DNA of 64,000 nt from Acidobacteriota bacterium. GTDB lineage: Bacteria; Acidobacteriota; Thermoanaerobaculia; Multivoradales; JAGPDF01. Below the pieces are notes generated by a model. The model saw only the letters and a program-made list of their open reading frames with translations, did no database searches and had not been told where the DNA came from. Where the stretch lies: the NCBI GenBank assembly GCA_045862895.1, contig BTUO01000002.1, positions 113,141 to 177,140 of the forward strand, written 5' to 3'. This document shows, one piece after another, positions 1-8,980 of this stretch (position 1 is its first letter; every line of letters starts with the position of its first letter). A program made the position numbers and the translations under genes.

Positions 1-1
1 C

Positions 2-211
2 GACAACGTCCAGATCAAGGCCGTCGAGGAGAACGCGAACACGATCTACGTCATCGTCCCGCACTCGGTCGCCGCCGGCGCCGAGCTGGCCGACGAGGAC
101 CTCGAGAAGGTGGCCGGTGGCGCGACCGTCAAGGGCGACGCCAACTGCAACGACAGCGACGGCGCGATGAACACCGTCGTCGAGATCAACGCCGAGTTCA
201 GCCTGATCTAA
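2..211 (+). CDS. NHLP-leader RiPP precursor peptide, copy 1 (5'-truncated by window edge)
   Basis: Frame from base 2 reads DNVQIKAVEENANTIYVIVPHSVAAGAELADEDLEKVAGG|ATVKGDANCNDSDGAMNTVVEINAEFSLI-TAA(209-211). Near-identical to the 274..612 ORF. Not in the ORF track because the start lies outside the window. Confidence 0.92.
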   Translation, partial: DNVQIKAVEENANTIYVIVPHSVAAGAELADEDLEKVAGGATVKGDANCNDSDGAMNTVVEINAEFSLI

Positions 212-610
212 GCAGCACCGCTCCGTCGACGGAACGCAGCAGCAAACAAACCAGAAACTGAGGAGAGACTCCGATGAAGATGACCCGTGGTGAGATGCAG
301 GACCTGCTCGAGAAGTTCGCTTCGTCCAACCCGCAGTACCGTTCGGCCCTGCTCAAGAACCCCAAGGCCGTGGTCGAGAAGCAGTTCAACATGACGGTTC
401 CGGACAACGTCCAGATCAAGGCCGTCGAAGAGAGCGCGTCGACGATCTACGTGATCGTCCCGCACTCGGTCGCCGCCGGCGCCGAGCTGGCCGACGAGGA
501 CCTCGAGAAGGTGGCCGGTGGCGCGACCGTCAAGGGCGACGCCAACTGCAACGACAGCGACGGCGCGATGAACACCGTCGTCGAGATCAACGCCGAGTTC
601 AGCCTGATCT
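53..610 (+). repeat. Direct repeat: 53-209 identical to 454-610 (157 bp, offset 401)
   Basis: Base-by-base comparison of the two precursor genes. Confidence 0.93.
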
Positions 611-612
611 GA
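274..612 (+). CDS. NHLP (nitrile hydratase-like leader) RiPP precursor peptide, copy 2
   Basis: GAGGAG RBS before ATG274. NHLP leader hallmarks (YRSALLKNPKAVVE, IKAVEE..TIYVIVP) and the double-Gly cleavage motif ELADEDLEKVAGG, followed by a 29-aa core with 1 Cys, 4 Ser/Thr and 1 Lys. Confidence 0.95.
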   Translation: MKMTRGEMQDLLEKFASSNPQYRSALLKNPKAVVEKQFNMTVPDNVQIKAVEESASTIYVIVPHSVAAGAELADEDLEKVAGGATVKGDANCNDSDGAMNTVVEINAEFSLI

Positions 613-627
613 GCCTCACGCTTCGAG

Positions 628-670
628 CCGGCGTCCCTTCCCGCCCGGGAGGGGACGCCGGTGCCTTTTT
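628..670 (+). terminator. Hairpin plus T-tract after the precursor genes (intrinsic terminator/attenuator)
   Basis: CCGGCGTCCCTTCCC-gccc-GGGAGGGGACGCCGG stem (one G-U pair) followed by tgccTTTTT. Confidence 0.75.
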
Positions 671-727
671 CGGGGGCGCGGCCTCCGGGACCTTGCGGTA
701 GTTTCTGCCGTCGCGACGCGCCGATCC

Positions 728-3700
728 GTGACCCCTCCGACTTCCTCCGCTTCCGCCCCGACCGACGACGTCGCGGCCCGCCTGTCGAGAATCGCGGCGC
801 GTGCCGAGACCCTCGCCGAGCGGCTGGAGCGCGCCCGCGCGACTTCCGGCCCCGCCGATGTGGACGTCACGGAGGCGCTCGCCGGCTGGCAGCGCGCCTT
901 CGCGCCCGGGGACCCGGCCGCGCTCGAGCGCCGACTCGGCTGGGACGGCCTCGACCCGTCCACTGCGGCCCGCGCGCTCGGCCCGCAGGGCGAGCTCGCG
1001 CCGGCCTCGCCGCTGCCGGAGTGGGCCGATCTCGCGCGCCGGATGGGGGTGGGATCCGACTTGCGCCAGGCTCCCGAGCTGCCGCTCGATCTCACCTCGG
1101 TGCCCTTCGTCGAGCTCTGGTCCCCGCTGGTCGGGATGGCCCTGGCGGCCTACGCCCAGGCCCGCGAGACGGCGATCCCGGCCGAATCCATGAAGGTGCT
1201 GGTGCGCGGCCTCGCGGAGGACATGGCGCGCGTCGCGGGCGTCGCCGCCTTCGAGCGGTTCCGGCGCCGGCGCGAGGCCGATCCCGCGCCCGGCGTCTAT
1301 CAGCGGTTCGTCGCCGACGAGCTCGCCTCGGGCCTGCTCGACTTCGCCGAGGAGTTCCCGGTGGCGATGCGGCAGTTGGTCCGACTCGCGTCGACCTGGT
1401 ACGACGCGCTCACCGAGCTGGTCGCCCGCGTCGAGCGCGACCGGCCGGCGCTCGCCGAACGATTCGCGGCCGGCGCCGAGCTCGGGCCGATCGCCGTCGT
1501 CGAGCGCGCCGATTCCGACCGCCACGCCGGCGGCCGCGTCGTCTTCCGCGTCGCTTTCGCCAGCGGGCTCGAGCTGGCCGCCAAGCCGCGCTCGCTGGCG
1601 GTCGAGGCGGCGTTCGCCGGACTCGTCGGCTGGCTCGCCGAAGCCGGGTTCCCCGACCCGCCGCCGGCGCCCGAAGTGCTCGATCGCGGCGACCACGGTT
1701 GGATGCGCTGGGAGCGCGCCGCTCCGCTCGCCGATCGCGGGGCGCTCGAGACCTGGTGGCGCCGGGCCGGGACCCTGATCGCTCTGGCCGAGCTGCTCGG
1801 CGCCGAAGATTTGCATGCCGAGAACATCGTGGCGGTCGCCGACGGCCCGCTGGTGGTCGACGCCGAGATGCTGCTCCAGCCCGACCGTGCCGGCGTCGCC
1901 GGACGCGAGCGCCGCGAGCGGTTCACCGGCGGCCTGCTGCGGCGCGCCGGGGAGGCGGGGCGGGTGGCGGCCTGGGCCGGGCTCCATCCGGTCGAGGAGC
2001 GGGTGGTCTCGGAGCGCGGCCGGGGGTGGAGCGGCCTCGGCACCGACGCGCTCGCGCCGGTCCCGGTGCCGGTCGTCGCGCGGCCGCTTGCCAACGTCCC
2101 GGCGCACGACGGGCGGCCGACCTCGCCGCAGGAGTTCGCCGTCGCCCTGGTCGCCGGCTACCGCTCGACCTGGCGGCGGCTGCTCGACGCACGCGACCGG
2201 CTCGTCGCCGCGGACGGCCCGCTCGACCGGTTCGTCGGCGCGCCGCTGCGCCTGCTGATGCGCGCGAGCCAGGAGTACGCCACCGTCCTCGACCTCGCCG
2301 CGACGCCGCGCCACCAGCGCGACGCGCTCGGCGCCTCCCTGTTGTTCGAGGCGATGGCGCGGCCGTTCGCGTCCGCGACGAAGGCGCCACGCGCCTGGCC
2401 GTTGATCGCCGCCGAGCGCGCGGCGCTCGAGGGGCTCGACGTGCCACGCTTCGAGATCGCCGCCGACGGGCTCGACGCGACCGCGGACGGGGTGCGCGCG
2501 GAGGGGGTCGTCCCCCGCTCGGCGCTCGCCGCGGCCCGCGCCCGCCTGGCGGAGCTGACCGAGGCGCAGATCGAGCGCCGGGTCGAGGCGGTGGTCGAGG
2601 CTCTGGCGCCCGATGCGGGCGTGCGCATCGAGCTCGAGCCGCCGGCCGGCGAGGGCGCCGTCGCGCGGGCGCTGGTGGTCGCCGACCGCATCGTCGCCTT
2701 CGATCTCGATCCGCGGCGCGCGCGCGCTGCCGGCGATCGTCCGCGTCGCCTCGAAGAACGTCTCCTCGATCTGGCGCTCTACGACGGGCGCCTCGGCCGC
2801 GCCTTCGTGCTGGCGAGCGCCGATCGCGTCGACGGCGGCTCGCGGCTGACCGCGGTCCTGCCCGCGCTGATCGAGGATCTCGACCGCTTCGCGACCGATT
2901 CCGAGCAGAGCGATCTGCCCGTCGGCGGTCTCACCGGACTCGGTTCGATCGTCTGGTCGCTGGTGGCGATCGCGCGCGCGAGCGGGCGCGGCGAGCTGCT
3001 CGACATGGCGCGAAGCTACGCCCGGCGCCTGACGGGCGAGCGTCTCGCCGCCGACGAGCGGCTGGACGTCGAAGGAGGCGCCGCCGGCGCCCTGCTCGCC
3101 CTGCTCGCGCTCGCCCAGGCGACCGGCGAAGCGAGCTGGCGCGAAGCGGCGACCTCGGCCGGAGAGCGGCTGCTCGCGACCCGGACGCCGCAGCCCGAAG
3201 GGGGCGCCGCCTGGGTCGGCAGCGGCGGGCGCGCGCTCGCCGGCTACGCCCACGGCGCGGCCGGTATCGCCCGCGCGCTCGCCGCCCTCGGCGCGGCCAC
3301 CGGCGACCCCCGCTTCGCCGCGGCGGTGGCCGACGCCCTCGATTTCGAGCGGGCGCTCTACGACCCGGCCCACGGCAACTGGCCGGTTCGGCGCGCCGGC
3401 GCGGTGAGCGGAGACGAACGGGTGATCTGGATGACTGCTTACTGCCACGGTGCCCCGGGCATCGCGATCGGCCGCACCCTGCTGCCGCCGTCGGCCCGCG
3501 ACGAGCAAGTGGGGGAGGAGCTCGCTTCGGCGGTCGCGGCGACGCTCGCCGCTGGCGAGGGGAGCCACGACCACCTCTGCTGCGGAGCGGCCGGTCGCGC
3601 CCTCGCGCTCGCCCGCGCGGCGCTCGACGCCGGCTCGCCCGAGCTCGGCGCCTTCGCGCGCGGATTCGCCGCGAGCCTGCTCGAGCGGCCGGCGCGGCTG

Positions 3701-4867
3701 CCGCGTTCGCCACGCGATCCGGCGGCGGCCGAAGCCGGCCTGTTCCGCGGCGTCGGCGGCCTCGCCTGGCTGGCGCTGTTCCTCGATCGCGCGAACGAAC
3801 CCGCGCTGCTCGACCCGGCGGCGCTCGAGCTCCCCTCGGAAGCCGAGGATCGAGCGGCGCGGGTCGGCGCGATGCCCGCGGCGACTTCCGGAGCTGTTCG
3901 AATGACCGAGTCCGTCGAGATCACGACGCTCGAGGCGGGGACGTCCGAGCCCCGGCTCACCGCCATGACCTTTCCGATCTATCGGCCGCTGCTCACCCTC
4001 GCACCGGCGAGCCGCCACCCCGAGCAGGGGGACGCGCGCCGCATCCAGCCGGTGGCGGTGGTCGCCCGCGCCGGCGGCGAGCCGCTCGGCCTGGCGCTCG
4101 GCGAGCTGCCGGTCGACCCGGGCCCGGCGCCGGAGCTGCTCTCCCTGTTCGTCGCCGCCGAGGCGCGCGGGATGGGGATCGGCACCGCGCTGGTTGCCGC
4201 CTTCGAGGAGGAGATCGCGCGTCGGGGGCTCGACGAGGTGGCGGCGGTCTACACCGCCGGCAAGCCGGCGATCGCCGCGGTCGAGCGGATCTTCGCCAAG
4301 CGGGCCTGGGAAGCACCCCGGCCGCGCACGCTCTCGGTGCGCTTCCCGCCCGAGGCGGCGCTCGCCTCGGAGCTGTTCTCCGAGCGCCGGATGCGGGCGC
4401 TCGGCGCCGGCCTCGAGCTGGTGCCCTGGGTCGAGCTCGGCGCCGAGGAGCGCTCGGAGATCCGCCGCTCGCACGAGCGCGCGCCCTGGATCACGCCGGC
4501 GCTGGCGCCCTGGCGCTTCGAGGCCGCCGGCTTCGACCCGGTCTCCTCGATCGGCGCCCGCTATCGCGGCGAGGTGGTCGGCTGGGTGATCAACCACGTG
4601 GTCGACCCCCTCACCGTCCGGTTCACCTGCAGTTTCATGCGCAAGGACATCAGCCGGCGCGGGCGGATCATCCCGCTCTACCGGGCGTCGCTCGAGCGGC
4701 TGGCCGCCGCCGGCGTGCCGCGGGCGACCTTCATCACGCCGGTGGTCTACCCGAACATGATTCGTTTCATCCGGCGCTGGATCGAGCCGATCGCCGAGTT
4801 CGTCGGCGAGACGCGCGGGACGCGCAAGCTGCTGGGCGGAGCGGCCGGAGCCGCTTCCCGCCCTTGA
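728..4867 (+). CDS. lanM: Class II lanthipeptide synthetase (LanM) fused to a C-terminal tandem GNAT acyltransferase
   Basis: Dehydratase motifs SDRH, AKPRS, DLHAENI, VDAEML and RLLMRASQEY. LanC cyclase motifs GYAHGAAG, YCHGAPG and LCCG. The last ~320 aa carry GNAT motif A (LFVAAEARGMGIGTAL) and a second GNAT half (GEVVGWVINH..RFTCSFMRKDISRRGR). Confidence 0.9.
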   Translation: MTPPTSSASAPTDDVAARLSRIAARAETLAERLERARATSGPADVDVTEALAGWQRAFAPGDPAALERRLGWDGLDPSTAARALGPQGELAPASPLPEWADLARRMGVGSDLRQAPELPLDLTSVPFVELWSPLVGMALAAYAQARETAIPAESMKVLVRGLAEDMARVAGVAAFERFRRRREADPAPGVYQRFVADELASGLLDFAEEFPVAMRQLVRLASTWYDALTELVARVERDRPALAERFAAGAELGPIAVVERADSDRHAGGRVVFRVAFASGLELAAKPRSLAVEAAFAGLVGWLAEAGFPDPPPAPEVLDRGDHGWMRWERAAPLADRGALETWWRRAGTLIALAELLGAEDLHAENIVAVADGPLVVDAEMLLQPDRAGVAGRERRERFTGGLLRRAGEAGRVAAWAGLHPVEERVVSERGRGWSGLGTDALAPVPVPVVARPLANVPAHDGRPTSPQEFAVALVAGYRSTWRRLLDARDRLVAADGPLDRFVGAPLRLLMRASQEYATVLDLAATPRHQRDALGASLLFEAMARPFASATKAPRAWPLIAAERAALEGLDVPRFEIAADGLDATADGVRAEGVVPRSALAAARARLAELTEAQIERRVEAVVEALAPDAGVRIELEPPAGEGAVARALVVADRIVAFDLDPRRARAAGDRPRRLEERLLDLALYDGRLGRAFVLASADRVDGGSRLTAVLPALIEDLDRFATDSEQSDLPVGGLTGLGSIVWSLVAIARASGRGELLDMARSYARRLTGERLAADERLDVEGGAAGALLALLALAQATGEASWREAATSAGERLLATRTPQPEGGAAWVGSGGRALAGYAHGAAGIARALAALGAATGDPRFAAAVADALDFERALYDPAHGNWPVRRAGAVSGDERVIWMTAYCHGAPGIAIGRTLLPPSARDEQVGEELASAVAATLAAGEGSHDHLCCGAAGRALALARAALDAGSPELGAFARGFAASLLERPARLPRSPRDPAAAEAGLFRGVGGLAWLALFLDRANEPALLDPAALELPSEAEDRAARVGAMPAATSGAVRMTESVEITTLEAGTSEPRLTAMTFPIYRPLLTLAPASRHPEQGDARRIQPVAVVARAGGEPLGLALGELPVDPGPAPELLSLFVAAEARGMGIGTALVAAFEEEIARRGLDEVAAVYTAGKPAIAAVERIFAKRAWEAPRPRTLSVRFPPEAALASELFSERRMRALGAGLELVPWVELGAEERSEIRRSHERAPWITPALAPWRFEAAGFDPVSSIGARYRGEVVGWVINHVVDPLTVRFTCSFMRKDISRRGRIIPLYRASLERLAAAGVPRATFITPVVYPNMIRFIRRWIEPIAEFVGETRGTRKLLGGAAGAASRP

Positions 4868-4948
4868 CGGAGCCGATGCCCGAACGTAGCCTCGCATCCG
4901 TCCGATGAGTCCGAAAGGGTCGCCGGTGGGCGACCGGGAGGGAAATCC

Positions 4949-6961
4949 ATGAGGCTTCCGATGAAATCGGTGCGCGGGTTCGGAGCGTTCGCGCTCGCGA
5001 CCCTGCTGGCCACCGCGGCGGGTGCGCAGGACGCGGCCTACGAGCCGCCCACCTTCTCCTACGGCGAGGGGCGGATCGAGCTGATCGAGGCGGTCCGGCT
5101 GACTCTCGCCCACGACCCCAACCTGCTGCTCGACCGCGAGGACGTGGTCTTCCGGCGCGGCGTGCTGCAGGAGATCTCGGGCTCGTTCGACTGGACGCTC
5201 GACCTCGGAGTCTCGTACGACTACCGCGAGCAGCGGCTGCGCGACTCGACCATCGACCGCGAGCGCGAGAAGCGCAACGACCTGACCACCCAGCGCGACT
5301 TCGCCTGCGCCGAGGAGCAGCGCCAGCGCGAGAGCCTGGCCAACCTCCAGCGCTATGCCGGCGGTGACACCAGCGCGCCGATCCCGAACGACGTCCGCCA
5401 GCAGATCGATTTTCTCGACGCGCTGATCGCCGCCGAGGACAACGCCACCCAGCGGGCCCTGCTCCAGCAGGCGCGCGCCAACGTCCTCCAGCGCGCGGTC
5501 ACCCAGGCGACCGAGGCGATCGACGATCTCGCCTCGACCTGCACCGAGCTCGGCGACAGCATCGCGCGCCTCGATGCGCCGCCGGACGAGGAGGAGTTCG
5601 CGACCGGCAAGTTCAATCTCGGCCTGTCGAAGCTCTACCGCAGCGGTCTCTTCCTCGCGCCCTTCTTCACCGCCAGCTACGAGCACAACCAGTTCAAGGG
5701 CAAGAAGAACGGCTTCTTCGAGGATCGTCTCGACGAGAACGGCCAGCCGGTAGTCACCGAGTTCGGCACGCCGCTGCGCCGCTTCGTCGACTTCGGTGGC
5801 AAGAACATCGCCGATCTCTACCGGGCCGAGCTCGGCTTCGACGTCAACGTGCCGCTGCTGCGCGGCCGCGGCGTCGAGTCGACGGGTGCCTCGGAGAAGG
5901 CGGCGGAGATCGACGTCGCCGCCTCGGAGATGGCGCTGCGCCACGGCTCCTCGTTGTCGGTGCTGTCGACCGCGGCGGCCTATTGGCAGCTGCTCGCCGC
6001 CCAGGAACGGGTGGCGGTGCTCGAGCGCTCGGTGGAGTTGCAGAGCCGGCTGGTCGACCTGACCGGACAGCTGATCGAAGGCGGCGTGATTCCGCGGGTC
6101 GAGTCCGCGCGCGCCGCGGCGGGTCAGGCCAACGCCCGAGCCCAGGTCGACGGCGCCCGCCGCGATCTGGTGTCGGCGCGGCTGGCGCTGGCGCGGGCGA
6201 TGGGTGTCGACGTCCAGAGCGAGGCCAACGCGCCGCTGGCGCAGGGACCGTTCCCGGCGGCGCCCTCGCTCGAGGCGATCCGGGCGCTCGACCCGGCGGC
6301 GCTCGCCGCCAGCGCGCTCGACCTGCGCGCCGACCGGCTCGCCTCGCGCGAGCTGGTGCGCTCGGGCCTGGTGCTGGCGGAGGCCGCGCGGCGCAACCTG
6401 GCGTCGCGGCTCGACCTGGCGCTGTCGTTGTCGGCCGGAGCGCTCGGCGAGAACAGCTTCTCGAACGCGGTCGACCGCTGGACCGGCCCGAACGGCTCGT
6501 TCGCGCTGGCCTTCGAAAAGAGCATCGGCAACAACTCGCTCGAGGGGCGCCTCGCCCAGAACCAGTCGCTGGTGCGCCAGCGCGAGATCTCGGCGATCGA
6601 TCTCGAGCGCAACATCCGGATCGGCATCGTGTCCACCCTGCGCTCGCTCGAAGAGGCCGTGGCGCGCCTCGAGGCGGCCGAGACCGCGGCCGGACACTTC
6701 CAGGCCACGATCGACGCCGAGTTCGAGAAGCTCGGGCTGGGCGCGTCGACCCTGATCGACGCCATCGTCACCGAGCAGCAGAAGACCGGCGCCGACCTCA
6801 CCGTGCTCACCGCCCGCCAGCAGGTCGCCAATCTGCTCTCGCAGCTGCGCTTCGAGACCGGCACGCTGGTCGAATGGGGCGACGGCGGCGGCACGCTGCC
6901 GGCCGACGCCCTGATCTCGCTGCCGCCCGGCGCGGCGGGAACCGCCGGAGGGCTGCCGTGA
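4949..6961 (+). CDS. TolC-family outer membrane efflux protein (with large insertion)
   Basis: Signal peptide, TolC helical repeats (VPLLRGRG..AAAYWQLLAAQERV; EFEKLGLGASTLIDAI..LRFETGTL), located in an export operon. Confidence 0.85.
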   Translation: MRLPMKSVRGFGAFALATLLATAAGAQDAAYEPPTFSYGEGRIELIEAVRLTLAHDPNLLLDREDVVFRRGVLQEISGSFDWTLDLGVSYDYREQRLRDSTIDREREKRNDLTTQRDFACAEEQRQRESLANLQRYAGGDTSAPIPNDVRQQIDFLDALIAAEDNATQRALLQQARANVLQRAVTQATEAIDDLASTCTELGDSIARLDAPPDEEEFATGKFNLGLSKLYRSGLFLAPFFTASYEHNQFKGKKNGFFEDRLDENGQPVVTEFGTPLRRFVDFGGKNIADLYRAELGFDVNVPLLRGRGVESTGASEKAAEIDVAASEMALRHGSSLSVLSTAAAYWQLLAAQERVAVLERSVELQSRLVDLTGQLIEGGVIPRVESARAAAGQANARAQVDGARRDLVSARLALARAMGVDVQSEANAPLAQGPFPAAPSLEAIRALDPAALAASALDLRADRLASRELVRSGLVLAEAARRNLASRLDLALSLSAGALGENSFSNAVDRWTGPNGSFALAFEKSIGNNSLEGRLAQNQSLVRQREISAIDLERNIRIGIVSTLRSLEEAVARLEAAETAAGHFQATIDAEFEKLGLGASTLIDAIVTEQQKTGADLTVLTARQQVANLLSQLRFETGTLVEWGDGGGTLPADALISLPPGAAGTAGGLP

Positions 6962-8952
6962 AGCGAGTTCTCCGAACCGCGCGGCCGTTCGCGGCCGCGC
7001 TCCTGGTGGCGGTCGCGTCCGGGTCCGCCCGGCCGGCCGCCGCCGCGGCGCTCTCGGCCGACGACGCGGTGCGCCGCGCGCTCGCCGCGAGCCCGGTGAT
7101 CGCGCGGGCCGAGCAGGAGGTCGCGCTGCGCTCCGGCGCGGTGACCCAGGCGGAAGGCCTGTTCGACAACGCGCTGCTCTCGGATTTCCGGGTCGACTAC
7201 GGCGTCGAGGAGCTGTTCGGCTCCCGGCTCAAGGCCGAGCAGGACCGGCGGCTCCGGCTCGAGATTCCGCCGCCGATCCTCGACGACATCGCCGCCAAGC
7301 TGATCGACCGGCTGCCGACCGATGCCAGCTTCTTCCTGCCCAGCAGCTGTCTCCAGGCGACCAGCTTCATCGTCCTCGGCGACACCTCGACGGTGGTCTG
7401 CGTCAACGACGACGGCAACGTGCTCGGCATCCTCGACCCGTCGATCGCCCTCGACCCGTCGCTGTTCACCACGCTCGAGCTGGGCGAGGCCTTCGCGGGC
7501 CTGTCCGGATTCGACGAGCGCCTGCAGGTCTTCATCGACCTCATCCGCAACTCCGCCGCCGACCAGATGCGCCTGACCGCGCTCATCCTGCGCCGCACCG
7601 CCGACTCGCTGCGCTTCCAGCGCATCCGGATCGGCCAGGTGCCGGAGGACCGCGTCTCGATCCGCATGGACGCCGGCGTCGACTACCGAATCCCGATGCG
7701 CAGCGGCGCGGCCCTGATCTCGTCGCTGTCGCTCGGCAGCTCCGAGGAGAACTTCCGCGGCAAGCGGCTCGATCCGACCTGGGGCGACGCGCTGATCGCC
7801 AACCAGTTCCGAATGACCGCCGGCCTCGCTCTCGACCTGCCGCTCGGTCGCGGCGCCGGCCGCGTCTCCTTCGAAGCGCCGCTGGTGGCGGCGCGGCGCG
7901 GCCAGGTAGCGGCGGAGGCGCTCTACGAGCACACCGCCTCCGAGCGCGCGCTGGCGACGCTCGAGGCCTACTGGGACGTCGCCGCTGCGGCGCGCCGCCT
8001 CGACCTGCTCGAGCAGTCGCTCGTGATCCAGGACCGCCTGCTCGGCGCGAGCGGCGAGCTGGCCGAGGCCGGAGTGATCCCGCGCGTCGACCTCGAGCTC
8101 AACCGCGCGCGCCGGGCGTCGACCGAGTCCTCGGTCGCCGGCGCGCGGCAGGCGCTCACGGTGGCGCGCGCCGAGCTCGCCCGGGTGCTCGGCATCGAGG
8201 CGGCGGAGCTCGAGACGATCGAGACCGACGCCGACCTCGCCGGCTGGATCGGCGCCGATCCGCTCGGGACCGGCGACGTCGAAGCGCTCGTCTCCAGGGC
8301 CGTCGCGGAGCGCGACGATCTGCGCGCGGCCGGCGAGCGGCTCGCGGCGGATCGCGCTCTGGCGGCCGCCGCGGAGCACGACCTCAGGCCCCAGGTCGCG
8401 CTCCAGATCAACGCCTCGTACAACGCATTCCACGAGACCTTCCGCGAGCGCTTCTACGATCCCGAGGGGTTCGAGAAGGCGATGGACGAGCCGTGGTCGG
8501 GTCCGAGCTACGGCGCGGCGCTGCGCATCCGCTTGCCGATCGGCAACAACGCCGCGCGCGGCCGGCTGCTCCAGGCCCGCTCGGCGGCGACCTCGAGCGA
8601 GATCGGATCGATCGACCTCAGGCGTTCGATCCGTCTGTCGGTGATCGAGGCGGCCGAGGCGCTGCGACGCTCGCGCGCCGAGCTCGAGTCGCGGCGCGAG
8701 GCGCTGGCGCGCATCGAGGAGACGGCGGAGGCGACGGTCGAGCGGTTCCGCGCCGGCGACCTCACCGTCCTCGACACCCTGATCACCGAGTCGGACCTGA
8801 CCAACGCCCGGCTCGAGGTGCTCGCGGCCGAGCGTACCTACCTGTCGCTCGCCGCCCGACTTCGCTTCGCCACCGGCACCCTGCTCGATCTGCCGGCGGC
8901 GGGCGACGTCCGGGGCGCGCGACTGGCGCCGTTCGCGCAGCCGATTCTCTGA
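6958..8952 (+). CDS. Second TolC-family outer membrane protein (with large insertion)
   Basis: GTG6958 overlaps the upstream TGA, GGAGG RBS. Signal peptide VKRVLRTARPFAAALLVAVA, then LPLGRG..AYWDV and RFRAGDLTVLDTL..LRFATGTL. Confidence 0.85.
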   Translation: MKRVLRTARPFAAALLVAVASGSARPAAAAALSADDAVRRALAASPVIARAEQEVALRSGAVTQAEGLFDNALLSDFRVDYGVEELFGSRLKAEQDRRLRLEIPPPILDDIAAKLIDRLPTDASFFLPSSCLQATSFIVLGDTSTVVCVNDDGNVLGILDPSIALDPSLFTTLELGEAFAGLSGFDERLQVFIDLIRNSAADQMRLTALILRRTADSLRFQRIRIGQVPEDRVSIRMDAGVDYRIPMRSGAALISSLSLGSSEENFRGKRLDPTWGDALIANQFRMTAGLALDLPLGRGAGRVSFEAPLVAARRGQVAAEALYEHTASERALATLEAYWDVAAAARRLDLLEQSLVIQDRLLGASGELAEAGVIPRVDLELNRARRASTESSVAGARQALTVARAELARVLGIEAAELETIETDADLAGWIGADPLGTGDVEALVSRAVAERDDLRAAGERLAADRALAAAAEHDLRPQVALQINASYNAFHETFRERFYDPEGFEKAMDEPWSGPSYGAALRIRLPIGNNAARGRLLQARSAATSSEIGSIDLRRSIRLSVIEAAEALRRSRAELESRREALARIEETAEATVERFRAGDLTVLDTLITESDLTNARLEVLAAERTYLSLAARLRFATGTLLDLPAAGDVRGARLAPFAQPIL

Positions 8953-8980
8953 GTCATCCGAGCCGGGGAAGGAAGCCGCC

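Noticed and set aside
1-612. Repeated sequence as a possible CRISPR array or mobile-element end
   Set aside because: It is a duplicated coding gene with no repeat-spacer periodicity, and no cas or transposase genes are present.
274-612. Nitrile hydratase alpha subunit
   Set aside because: Lacks the CxxCSC metal site and ends in a GG-cleaved core, so it is a leader-peptide homologue only.
661-4908. 1415-aa plus-strand ORF overlapping lanM
   Set aside because: Off-frame, Arg-rich shadow with no recognisable domain.
599-6697. 2032-aa minus-strand ORF, and similar giant ORFs at 6124-9246, 8954-12622, 12333-15581, 36446-39598, 42494-45226 and 60403-63315
   Set aside because: Antisense shadows of real genes in very high-GC DNA. 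They are Arg/Gly/Ala-rich with no motifs, while the opposite strand carries clear family motifs.
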